64,000 bases of DNA, taken from positions 144,749 to 208,748 of the forward strand of contig JAEUHR010000042.1 in assembly GCA_016794425.1 (NCBI GenBank), given 5' to 3'. Both the position numbers and the translations under genes were made by a program. How positions within the stretch are numbered: position 1 is the first letter of the stretch; every line of letters begins with the position of its first letter. The DNA is from Planctomycetota bacterium (GTDB lineage: Bacteria > Planctomycetota > UBA1135 > UBA2386). Below are positions 24,913 to 32,733 of this stretch, piece by piece. The notes under the pieces are model-generated. The model worked only from the letters and a program-made list of their open reading frames with translations. It was not told where the DNA came from and made no database searches.

Positions 24913-25950
24913 CTACGGCCGCCGGCAGTGCACGCGCAGCTGGTTGAAGTCCAGGTGCTCGGAATGCACCGCGAAGCGCCGCACCGACAACCAGGTGAAG
25001 CCGGCGCGTTCGACGGCCTGCCGCAGGTGGGCTTCGGTCCAAAAGCGCATCGTCCAGGTGTCGTCGCCGGGTGGATCCACCGGGGCGCCTGGCACCGCCT
25101 CGGGCATCTGGAACACGAAATCGCCGCCGGGGCGCAACACGCGGAAGCTCTCGCGGAAGTAGGCGTGGGTGACGTGGCGCGGGGCGTGTTGCAGCACGAT
25201 GTGCGTGAACACGAGCCCTGTGTCCTGGTCCGGCAGCGGCAGCGAGACGCCGTCGCATTCGAGGAAGCGCACGTTCGGCAGATGGCGCAGCCGCGCGGTG
25301 GCACGCGCGACCATCTCGCCGCTGACGTCGACGCCGGTCAGCGCCGCGACGCGCGGCGCGACGAACTCGTCCATGCGGCCGATGCCGCAGCCGATGTCGA
25401 CCACGGTCTGTCGCGGGTGCAGCAGGTGCTCGAGGTCGCTGAAGAACGCCTGCACGTCGCGCTGGCCGGAGGCGCGGAAGGCCTCGCTGCCGGCGTCCGG
25501 CGGGGCCGAGGCGATGTAGAACTCGGCGTTCTCGCGCGCCCGACGGTTCCAGTCGCCCTTCATGTCGAGCCGTCCGCCGGCGAGTGCTTGCGACACGATC
25601 GCGTGTTCGGCGACGACCTCGCCGCCGATCAGGTGGCGCTGCACGATCTGCTCGAGCACCGGCGGGTCGCAGTTCGCGTACCAGGTGCCCTCGGGGTAGA
25701 CGACCGCGATCGGCCCGCCCTTGCAGATGCGCAGGCACGGGCTCTTGCTGCGCTGCACGCCGCCGCACTCGGACAGGCCGAGTTCCTTCAGCCGGGCCTT
25801 CAGCCAGTTCCACGCTGCCAGGCTGCGGTCGCGGTCGCAGCACTTCGGCTCGGCCTGGTCGCAGCACAGGAAGATGTGCCGGCGCGCCACCGGCAGGCCG
25901 AGTTTCTGGGCGATCGCGCGCAGGTCGGTGCGGGCCTCGGTGTCGTCCAT
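24913..25950 (-). CDS. Fusion protein: thioredoxin-like [2Fe-2S] ferredoxin domain plus class I SAM methyltransferase domain
   Basis: ATG 25950. The N-terminal [14 protein letters not shown]...[20 protein letters not shown] matches the thioredoxin-like 2Fe-2S ferredoxin pattern. The C-terminal [10 protein letters not shown] ... [10 protein letters not shown] is a methyltransferase fold. Confidence 0.75.
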   Translation of the reverse strand: MDDTEARTDLRAIAQKLGLPVARRHIFLCCDQAEPKCCDRDRSLAAWNWLKARLKELGLSECGGVQRSKSPCLRICKGGPIAVVYPEGTWYANCDPPVLEQIVQRHLIGGEVVAEHAIVSQALAGGRLDMKGDWNRRARENAEFYIASAPPDAGSEAFRASGQRDVQAFFSDLEHLLHPRQTVVDIGCGIGRMDEFVAPRVAALTGVDVSGEMVARATARLRHLPNVRFLECDGVSLPLPDQDTGLVFTHIVLQHAPRHVTHAYFRESFRVLRPGGDFVFQMPEAVPGAPVDPPGDDTWTMRFWTEAHLRQAVERAGFTWLSVRRFAVHSEHLDFNQLRVHCRRP

Positions 25951-26060
25951 CGCCGCAGCATCGCACGCCGGGCCGGCCAATGCCAAACGGCAGCGCCGCA
26001 GTGGGTGCCGGGCGCCGTATTCCGCCGCCGTCGGCGAGCCACTATGGTCCCGCGCCCCGC

Positions 26061-27407
26061 ATGGATGCGAACTCCTCCCGGGCCCGGTCGCGCGACCGGG
26101 CCGAAGTGCAGCGCGCCACGCTGCTGGCCGAACTGCGCGCGGCGCGCGCCCGGACCGACGATCTGTTCGCGCGGTTGCGTCCCGACGGCTACTTCGTGCG
26201 CGCGATCGCCGAGCGGCACCGGTTGATCTTCTACCTGGGCCACCTCGAGGCGTTCGACTGGAACCTGCTCGGCCGCGAGGTGCGGCAGCGGCCGCCGCGC
26301 AACGCGGCGTGGGAGCGCCTGTTCGCGTTCGGCATCGACCCGGTCGACGGCCAGCTGCCGAGCGACACGCCGGCCGACTGGCCCGACCTCGGCGCCGTGC
26401 GCGGATTCGCGGCCGACCTGCGCGCCGCCGTCGACGCCGAACTGGCGACCGCGCCGTTCACCGGCTGGCTCGAGAACGGCTGGGCGCTGCGCATGGCGAT
26501 CGAACACCGCGCGATGCACGCCGAGACGCTGGCCTACCTGCTGCAGCGCGTGCCGCTCGAGCTGAAGCTGCCGGGCCCGCTGCCGCACGGACTCGAGTCG
26601 CCGCCGCCGCCGCGCGAGATGGTCGCGATCCCGGCCGGTCGCGCACGGCTCGGCAAGAGCCGCGCCGCGGCGCCGCACGACGGCTGGGACAACGAGTACG
26701 AGGCGCACGAGGTCGCGGTGCCGGCGTTCCGGATCGCGCGGCACGCGGTCACCAACGCCGAGTGGCTCGAGTTCGTCACCGCCGGCGGCTACGCCGACGA
26801 CGCGTGGTGGACGCCGGCCGACGCGGCCTGGCGGCGGCAACACGGCGTCACGCTGCCGGCGTTCTGGCGCCGCACCGACGCCGGCTACTGCTGGCAGGCG
26901 ATGTTCGGCAGTGTGCCCCTGCCGCTCGCCTGGCCGGTCTGGGTCAGCCTCGCCGAGGCGCGCGCGTTCGCGCGCTGGCGCGGCCAGCGGTTGCCGACCG
27001 AAGCCGAGTGGCACCGCGCAGCGCTCGGCACCCCGGCCGGCGGTGACCGCCTGCAGCCGTGGGGCGACGCCGCGCCGGTGCCCGGCGTGCACGGCAACTT
27101 CGGCTTCGCGGCGTTCGACCCGGCGCCGGTCGACGCGCACCCGCGCGGCCAGAGCGCGTTCGGCGTGCACGGTCTGGTCGGCAACGGCTGGCAGTGGACC
27201 GACACGGTGTTCGCGCCGTTCGCCGGCTTCACACCGCTGCCGTTCTACCGCGGCTACTCGGCGAACTTCTTCGACGGGAAGCACTTCGTGATGAAGGGCG
27301 CCAGCCCGGTCACCGAGCCGTGCTTCCTGCGGCCGTCGTTCCGCAACTGGTTCCAGCCGCACTACCCGTACGTGTTCGCGGGCTTCCGCTGCGTCGCCCC
27401 GGCCTAG
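26061..27407 (+). CDS. EgtB/OvoA-like non-haem iron enzyme (DinB_2 domain plus FGE-sulfatase/SUMF1 domain)
   Basis: ATG 26061. The N-terminal DinB-like segment has YLGHLEAF and EHRAMHAE (His ligand pattern). The C-terminal has [19 protein letters not shown] and the terminal FAGFRCV typical of the FGE-sulfatase fold. Confidence 0.75.
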   Translation: MDANSSRARSRDRAEVQRATLLAELRAARARTDDLFARLRPDGYFVRAIAERHRLIFYLGHLEAFDWNLLGREVRQRPPRNAAWERLFAFGIDPVDGQLPSDTPADWPDLGAVRGFAADLRAAVDAELATAPFTGWLENGWALRMAIEHRAMHAETLAYLLQRVPLELKLPGPLPHGLESPPPPREMVAIPAGRARLGKSRAAAPHDGWDNEYEAHEVAVPAFRIARHAVTNAEWLEFVTAGGYADDAWWTPADAAWRRQHGVTLPAFWRRTDAGYCWQAMFGSVPLPLAWPVWVSLAEARAFARWRGQRLPTEAEWHRAALGTPAGGDRLQPWGDAAPVPGVHGNFGFAAFDPAPVDAHPRGQSAFGVHGLVGNGWQWTDTVFAPFAGFTPLPFYRGYSANFFDGKHFVMKGASPVTEPCFLRPSFRNWFQPHYPYVFAGFRCVAPA

Positions 27408-27414
27408 GCGTGCG

Positions 27415-29067
27415 TCAGAGTTCGCCCGAGCGGCGGATCGCACGCAGCAGGCGCCAGCCGAGCCAGCCGGCCAGTGCGAACAGCAGCAGTCCGAGCAGCG
27501 GCACGCCGGCCAGCCGCGGCGGTGCGTTGTTGGCCCACAACGCCGCGCCGCCGAGCACCAGCGCCGCGACCAGGATGCCGAGCGTCACGCGGTTCAGCAC
27601 CGCGTCGAGGTGCGTGTGTTCGAGCCGCATGCGCAGGCTGCCTTCGCGCAGGCGGCCGAGCACGTCGCGCGCGTCGCGCGGCAGGGTGTCGAGCAGCCGG
27701 TCCCAGTCGCGCAGGTTGCGCCGCACGCGCCGCGCCAGCGCCCGCGGCGACAGCCGCCGCCGCACGGCCTGCCGGTAGAACGGTTCGATCAGTTCGGCGA
27801 GGCTGAAGTCGCGGTCGAGCGCGCGCGAGGTGCCGTCGAGCACCAGCAGCGTGCGCAGCAGCAGCGACAGCGGCGCCGGCAGCACGATGTGGTAGCGCCG
27901 CACCAGGTCGAACAGGTTCTGCAGCGCGGCCGAGACGTCGAGGTCGTGCAGCGTGTGGCCCACGTAGTCGGCGAGGAACTCGTCGATCTCGCCGCACAGC
28001 GCGGTGCGGTCGGTGTCGATCGGCGCCTTGCCGAGCCGCAGCACGATCTCGGCCAGTTCTGCGGCGTCCTGCTCGACCGCCGCGAACAGCATCGCTTCGA
28101 CCTGCTGGCGCAGGCCCTGGTCGATGCGGCCGACCATGCCGCAATCGAGCACGCCGACGACGCCGCCGGGCAGCAGCAGCAGGTTGCCCGGGTGCGGATC
28201 GGCGTGGTAGACGCTGTCGCGGAACAGCATCGCCAGGTAGAGCGCCGCACCGTGCCGCGCGAACGCGCCGAGGTCCTCACCGGACGCGCGCAGTGCCGCC
28301 GTGTCGGCGGCGCCGATGCCGCGCAGCCGTTCCATCGTCAGCACCGAGCGCGTCGACAGCGCCGGTACCGACCGCGGGAAGCGCACGGTCGGATCGCCGG
28401 CGAAACGCTGCGCGAACGCCTCGAGGTTGCGCCGTTCGTAGGTGAAGTCGAGTTCGCGGCGCAGCGTGCGGCGGAACTGCCGCGCCACCGCGACCGGCTG
28501 GTAGGGGCGCAGCAGCGCCGAATGGCGCTCGGCCAGCCGCGCCAGCGCCTCGAGGATCTCGAGATCGGCCTCGGCGCGTTCGCGCACCGACTGCCGCTGC
28601 ACCTTGACGACGACCTCGGTGCCGTCGAACAGCCGTGCCCCGTGCACCTGCGCGATCGAGGCCGACGCGAACGCGGCCGGCTCGAACGCCGCGAACAGCC
28701 GTTCGGGCGGCTGGCCGAGCTCGGCCTCGACGGTGGCGCGCGCGACCTCGGGCGGGTCCGGCGTGGTGGCGGCCTGCAGCAGCGCCAGTTCGCCCGCCAG
28801 CTCGGCGCCGACCAGGTCGGGCCGTGTGCTCAGCACCTGGCCGAGTTTGATGAACGTGGTGCCGAGGTCGGTCAGCGCGAGCCGGATCCGCACCGGCAGC
28901 GGCTGGTCGTGCAGCCGCTGGCCGTCGGCCGAGCGCAGCCGGTTCTGGATCCAGTCGACGTCGAGCCAGCGCAGCAGGTCGGCGAGGCCGTACTTGGCCA
29001 GCACCGCGGCGACCTCGGCGGCGCGCTTGCCGTTCTTCTGCAGGCGGTCGAGGGCGTCGAACGGCAT
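27415..29067 (-). CDS. ABC1/UbiB-family atypical kinase with C-terminal membrane anchor
   Basis: TFIKLGQVLSTRPDLV, ASIAQVHGA and YHADPHPGNLLL motifs are present. Two hydrophobic helices lie at the C-terminus. Confidence 0.88.
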   Translation of the reverse strand: MPFDALDRLQKNGKRAAEVAAVLAKYGLADLLRWLDVDWIQNRLRSADGQRLHDQPLPVRIRLALTDLGTTFIKLGQVLSTRPDLVGAELAGELALLQAATTPDPPEVARATVEAELGQPPERLFAAFEPAAFASASIAQVHGARLFDGTEVVVKVQRQSVRERAEADLEILEALARLAERHSALLRPYQPVAVARQFRRTLRRELDFTYERRNLEAFAQRFAGDPTVRFPRSVPALSTRSVLTMERLRGIGAADTAALRASGEDLGAFARHGAALYLAMLFRDSVYHADPHPGNLLLLPGGVVGVLDCGMVGRIDQGLRQQVEAMLFAAVEQDAAELAEIVLRLGKAPIDTDRTALCGEIDEFLADYVGHTLHDLDVSAALQNLFDLVRRYHIVLPAPLSLLLRTLLVLDGTSRALDRDFSLAELIEPFYRQAVRRRLSPRALARRVRRNLRDWDRLLDTLPRDARDVLGRLREGSLRMRLEHTHLDAVLNRVTLGILVAALVLGGAALWANNAPPRLAGVPLLGLLLFALAGWLGWRLLRAIRRSGEL

Positions 29068-29150
29068 GCCGCGACGGTAGGCGGCGCCGCGGCAGCCGGC
29101 AATACGCGGTCGGGCTTGCGTGCGGCACCAGGACCGCGTTCGCTGGCGCC

Positions 29151-30056
29151 ATGCCGCACAAGCTCTTCCACGGTGTGCTGACCGCGGTGACGACGCCGTT
29201 CGACGACGCGTTGGCGGTCGACGTGTCGACGCTGGCGCAGCACGTGCGCTGGCAGCTCGAACAGGGCTGCCACGGCGTGATCCCGCTCGGCTCGCTCGGC
29301 GAGGGCCAGGTGCTCGAGGAACCGGAGAAGCGCGCGGTGCTGCGCACCTGCGTCGATGTCGCCGGCACCAAGCCCGTGGTCGCCGGCATCGGCGCCCTGA
29401 GCACGCGGGCGGCCGTGCGGCTGGCCGAGGCCGCCGCCGAAGTCGGCTGCCGGGGCCTGATGGTGCTGCCGCCCTACGCGCACCGCGGGCCGCTGCGCGA
29501 GGCGGTCGCGCACGTGGCGGCCGTCTTCGCGGCCGTGCCGCTGCCGTGCATGCTCTACAACAACCCGCCGGCGTACGGCGCCGATTTCACGCCGGACGTG
29601 GTGGCCGAGCTGGCGGCGCAGCACGCGAACCTGGTCGCGCTGAAGGAGTCCAGCGGCGACGCGCGGCGCGTCACCGCGGTGCGCGCGCTGTGCGGCGACC
29701 GGCTGGCCGTGCTGGTCGGACTCGACGACATGCTGCTCGAGGGCGTCGCCGCCGGCGCGGTCGGCTGGGTCGCCGGGCTCGTCAACGCGTTCCCGCGCGA
29801 GTCGGCGCAGCTGTTCGCGCTGGCGCGCGCCGGACGGACGGATGCAGCGCGTGCGCTCTACGACTGGTTCCTGCCGTTGCTGCGGCTCGACACGCTGCCG
29901 GACTTCGTGCAGCGCATCAAGCTGGTGCAGGAGGCGGTCGGCCATGGCCACCATCGCGTGCGGCCGCCGCGGCTGCCACTCGACGACGCGTCGCGGCGCG
30001 CGACGTTCGTCGTGCTCGAACGCGCGCTGGCGACGCGGCCCGAGGTGGGGGCGTGA
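29151..30056 (+). CDS. Dihydrodipicolinate synthase/N-acetylneuraminate lyase family (DapA-like) class I aldolase or dehydratase
   Basis: GVLTAVTTPF, GSLGEG and NLVALKESSGD (Schiff-base Lys context) are present. It is paired with a KGSADH-like aldehyde dehydrogenase, as in keto-deoxy-sugar-acid and hydroxyproline catabolism. Confidence 0.85.
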   Translation: MPHKLFHGVLTAVTTPFDDALAVDVSTLAQHVRWQLEQGCHGVIPLGSLGEGQVLEEPEKRAVLRTCVDVAGTKPVVAGIGALSTRAAVRLAEAAAEVGCRGLMVLPPYAHRGPLREAVAHVAAVFAAVPLPCMLYNNPPAYGADFTPDVVAELAAQHANLVALKESSGDARRVTAVRALCGDRLAVLVGLDDMLLEGVAAGAVGWVAGLVNAFPRESAQLFALARAGRTDAARALYDWFLPLLRLDTLPDFVQRIKLVQEAVGHGHHRVRPPRLPLDDASRRATFVVLERALATRPEVGA

Positions 30057-31627
30057 CGCCGACCGGCCGCCACTTCGTCGCCGGCGCGGCCGAGACCGGC
30101 GGCGGTGCGCCGTTCCACGCCGTCGAACCGACCGGCGGCGCTCCGCTGGTGCCGGCCTACCACGAAGCCACCGCCGCGCAGATCGAACGCGCTGCCGCCG
30201 CGGCCGGTGCGGCGGCCGGGCCGTTCGCCGCCGTGCCGTCGGCCACCCGGGCGGCGCTGCTGCGCGCGATCGCCGACGGCCTCGAAGCGCTCGGCGAGGC
30301 GCTGAGCCAGCGCGTGGTGGCCGAGACGGCGCTGCCGGCCGAACGTGTCGCGGCCGAGCGCGCGCGCACCTGCGGCCAGCTGCGCCAGTTCGCGGCGCTG
30401 CTCGACGAGGGCTCGTGGGTCGACGCGCGCATCGACCGCGGCGATCCGGCGCGCCGGCCGGTGCCGAAGCCCGACCTGCGCCGCATGCGCATGGCGCTGG
30501 GGCCGGTCGCAGTGTTCGGCGCGTCGAACTTTCCGCTGGCCTACTCGGTCGCCGGCGGCGACACCGCGTCGGCGCTGGCCGCCGGTTGCCCGGTCGTGGT
30601 CAAGGGCCACCCGGCGCACCCCGGCACCAGCGAACTCGTCGGCGGCGTGGTCGCGGCGGCGGTGCAACGGCTCGGCCTGCCGGCGGGCACGTTCTCGCTG
30701 CTGCACGGCCGCCTGCCGGCGACCGGCGCAGCGCTGGTGCAGCAGCCGGCGATCGCGGCGGTCGGCTTCACCGGCTCGTACGCCGGCGGGCGCGCGCTGT
30801 TCGACCTCGCGGCCGCCCGGCCGCAGCCGATCCCGGTGTTCGCCGAGATGGGTTCGGCGAATCCGGTGCTGGTGCTGCCGCGCGCGCTGGCGGCCCGCGG
30901 CGAACGGATCGCCGAGCAGATCGCCGCGTCGGCGGTGCTGGCGAGCGGCCAGTTCTGCACCTGTCCGGGTCTGGCGGCGTGGTGCGACGGGCCCGGTGCC
31001 GCCGCGTTCGCCGCGGCGCTGAACGCGCGCTTCGCGGCAGCCGCCGTCGGACCGGCCGTGCACGCGACGATCCGCAGCGGCTACGAACGCGCGCTCGACG
31101 AACTGCGCGCGCTGCCGGTCGCGGTCGCGGCCACGGGCGCAGGTGACCTCGCGCCGGCGACCGGCGTGCGGCCGACCCTGCTGACCACCACGCCGGCGGC
31201 CATGCTGCAGCACGCGCGGCTGTTGCACGAGGTGTTCGGCCCGTCGCTGCTGACCGTGCCGTGCACCGAACCGGCGCAACTGCTCGCGCTGGTCGCGGCG
31301 ATGCCCGGCTACCTGACCGCGACCGTGCACGGCGACGGCGACGACTTCGCCGAGCACGCCGAGCTGCTCGCGGCGCTGCGCCGCAAGGTCGGCCGACTGA
31401 TCGCCAACGGCGTGCCGACCGGCGTCGAGGTCTGTTCGGCGATGGTGCACGGCGGCCCGTGGCCGGCCGCGACCGACGCGCGCTTCTCGGCCGTCGGCGT
31501 CACCGCGATCGAACGCTGGGTGCGACCGGTCTGCTGGCAGGACTGGCCGCAGGCGCTGTTGCCAGAGGAACTGCGCGACGACAACCCGCGCCGCATCCGG
31601 CGCACGGTGGACGGGGTGGTGGAGTAG
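30053..31627 (+). CDS. Aldehyde dehydrogenase (NADP+), alpha-ketoglutarate semialdehyde dehydrogenase-like
   Basis: GTG 30053 overlaps the upstream stop (GTGA). It has FGASNFPLAYSVAGGDTASALAAGCPVVVKGHPAHPGTS, EMGSANP and the catalytic Cys context GQFCTCPG. Confidence 0.85.
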   Translation: MTPTGRHFVAGAAETGGGAPFHAVEPTGGAPLVPAYHEATAAQIERAAAAAGAAAGPFAAVPSATRAALLRAIADGLEALGEALSQRVVAETALPAERVAAERARTCGQLRQFAALLDEGSWVDARIDRGDPARRPVPKPDLRRMRMALGPVAVFGASNFPLAYSVAGGDTASALAAGCPVVVKGHPAHPGTSELVGGVVAAAVQRLGLPAGTFSLLHGRLPATGAALVQQPAIAAVGFTGSYAGGRALFDLAAARPQPIPVFAEMGSANPVLVLPRALAARGERIAEQIAASAVLASGQFCTCPGLAAWCDGPGAAAFAAALNARFAAAAVGPAVHATIRSGYERALDELRALPVAVAATGAGDLAPATGVRPTLLTTTPAAMLQHARLLHEVFGPSLLTVPCTEPAQLLALVAAMPGYLTATVHGDGDDFAEHAELLAALRRKVGRLIANGVPTGVEVCSAMVHGGPWPAATDARFSAVGVTAIERWVRPVCWQDWPQALLPEELRDDNPRRIRRTVDGVVE

Positions 31628-31744
31628 GCCCGCCGGGCAGCTGCATCGCACGACCTGCAGCCCGTCCGGGAACGGCCGTTGCCGGGAGAGTCCTGCAGCT
31701 GGCGAACGCCCAGGAGTGTCGCAGCAGCACGCGCCCTGTGGCAG

Positions 31745-32173
31745 CTAGGCGATCGTGGCGACGGGCAGGCCAAGGTCGGCCGCGGCGCGGTTCTGGTTCG
31801 CGTCGAGACTCAAGAAGGCAGTCAACTCGTGCTGTTCGTGGAACCAGAGCGCCGTGCGCAGGTGGATCAGGTCCAACGTGCGCGGCGTCGTGATCGTGGG
31901 CATGACATGGCTGGCGCAGAGCTCGAGCGTGGTCGGCGCGAGCGCGAAGGTGCTGCTGTCGTCGTCGACCTGCTGCATCAGTCGCACGTAGCTCGGCATC
32001 GACAGGCTGCCTTCGCGCGACAGTCGGACCAGCGTGCGCTTCGTTTCCGCAACCAGAAGCACGCTGGAGAACACGGCGGCTCTGTCGACGGCCTTGCGTA
32101 CCGCGCCGGCGCGAGCCTCGTTGATCAGCGACGCGAGGTAGGCGGAGGTGTCGAGGTAGACGCGGCGCTTCAT
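31745..32173 (-). CDS. vapC: PIN-domain ribonuclease toxin
   Basis: The start VYLDTSAYL carries the conserved Asp. The protein is 142 aa. Its ATG overlaps the antitoxin stop by 4 nt (ATGA). Confidence 0.85.
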   Translation of the reverse strand: MKRRVYLDTSAYLASLINEARAGAVRKAVDRAAVFSSVLLVAETKRTLVRLSREGSLSMPSYVRLMQQVDDDSSTFALAPTTLELCASHVMPTITTPRTLDLIHLRTALWFHEQHELTAFLSLDANQNRAAADLGLPVATIA

Positions 32174-32433
32174 GACCCCTTCGGATCGTCGAAGCGGTCG
32201 CGGCGGTCTTCCTGGAGGTGGCGCAGGGCTGCCTCGCCGACCCTCTCCCGCACGACCTGCGACAGGCGCGTCTTGCCGAATCGGGGGCCGATGACCACCT
32301 GGGGCTGTCGGAACGCCGCGATGCGCACGACCGGCCGGCCGTGGCGCGTCACGACGAGTGCTTCCCCGGCCTCGGCGCGCGCCAGGTATGCGGACAGGTT
32401 GCGTTTCAGCTCTTGGATCGAGACGTCGGCCAT
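32170..32433 (-). CDS. Phd/YefM-type antitoxin
   Basis: ATG 32433 gives MADVSIQELKRNLSAYLARAEAGEALVVTRHGRPVVRI, the typical Phd/YefM N-terminal fold. The protein is 87 aa. Confidence 0.8.
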   Translation of the reverse strand: MADVSIQELKRNLSAYLARAEAGEALVVTRHGRPVVRIAAFRQPQVVIGPRFGKTRLSQVVRERVGEAALRHLQEDRRDRFDDPKGS

Positions 32434-32475
32434 GAGAGGTTCCACACCTGGGGTGGACAGAGGGTAGCGGGAAAG

Positions 32476-32491
32476 GGCCAGAATTCTGGCC
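32476..32491. promoter_or_regulatory. Perfect 16-bp palindrome GGCCAGAATTCTGGCC, candidate TA operator or nrdJ terminator hairpin
   Basis: Read directly from the sequence. It lies 43 nt upstream of the antitoxin ATG and downstream of the nrdJ 3' repeats. The AATT core is unusual in this GC-rich context. Confidence 0.3.
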
Positions 32492-32518
32492 TGAGGGTGC
32501 GACAGCGTTCGGCCGGCC

Positions 32519-32733
32519 CGCGGGTCGTCGGCCGCCCGTTGCGTGGGTCCCCGCGGCGTCCGGAACGGCCCGACCCGCGGCGGGAGGCGACGTCGTGTTG
32601 CTCCGTCAGGAGCCACCCGACCCACAAGTCCGCGGGTCGTCGGCCGCCCGCTGCGTGCTTCCCCGCGGCGTCAGGAACGGCCCGACCCGCGGAGGGAGGC
32701 GACGTCGTGTTGCTCCGTCAGGAGCAACCCGAC
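32519..32733. repeat. Two tandem copies (period 112 bp) of the nrdJ 3' terminus plus downstream sequence
   Basis: Copy A (32519..32621) and copy B (32631..32733) align over 103 bp with 6 mismatches by my count. Copy B contains the true nrdJ stop and last five codons. Copy A carries a pseudo-end (SGGS-stop versus SGCS-stop). Confidence 0.85.

Noticed and set aside
26061-27407. Calling this gene egtB and the locus an ergothioneine operon
   Set aside because: The domain architecture fits the EgtB/OvoA family. But no EgtD-type histidine methyltransferase, EgtC or EgtE is nearby, and the N-terminal motifs differ from the mycobacterial EgtB pattern as I remember it. I kept it as a family-level call.
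32519-32733. CRISPR-like repeat array
   Set aside because: There are only two copies. The units are 103 bp and adjacent (9-bp gap), with no spacer architecture, and there are no cas genes in the window.
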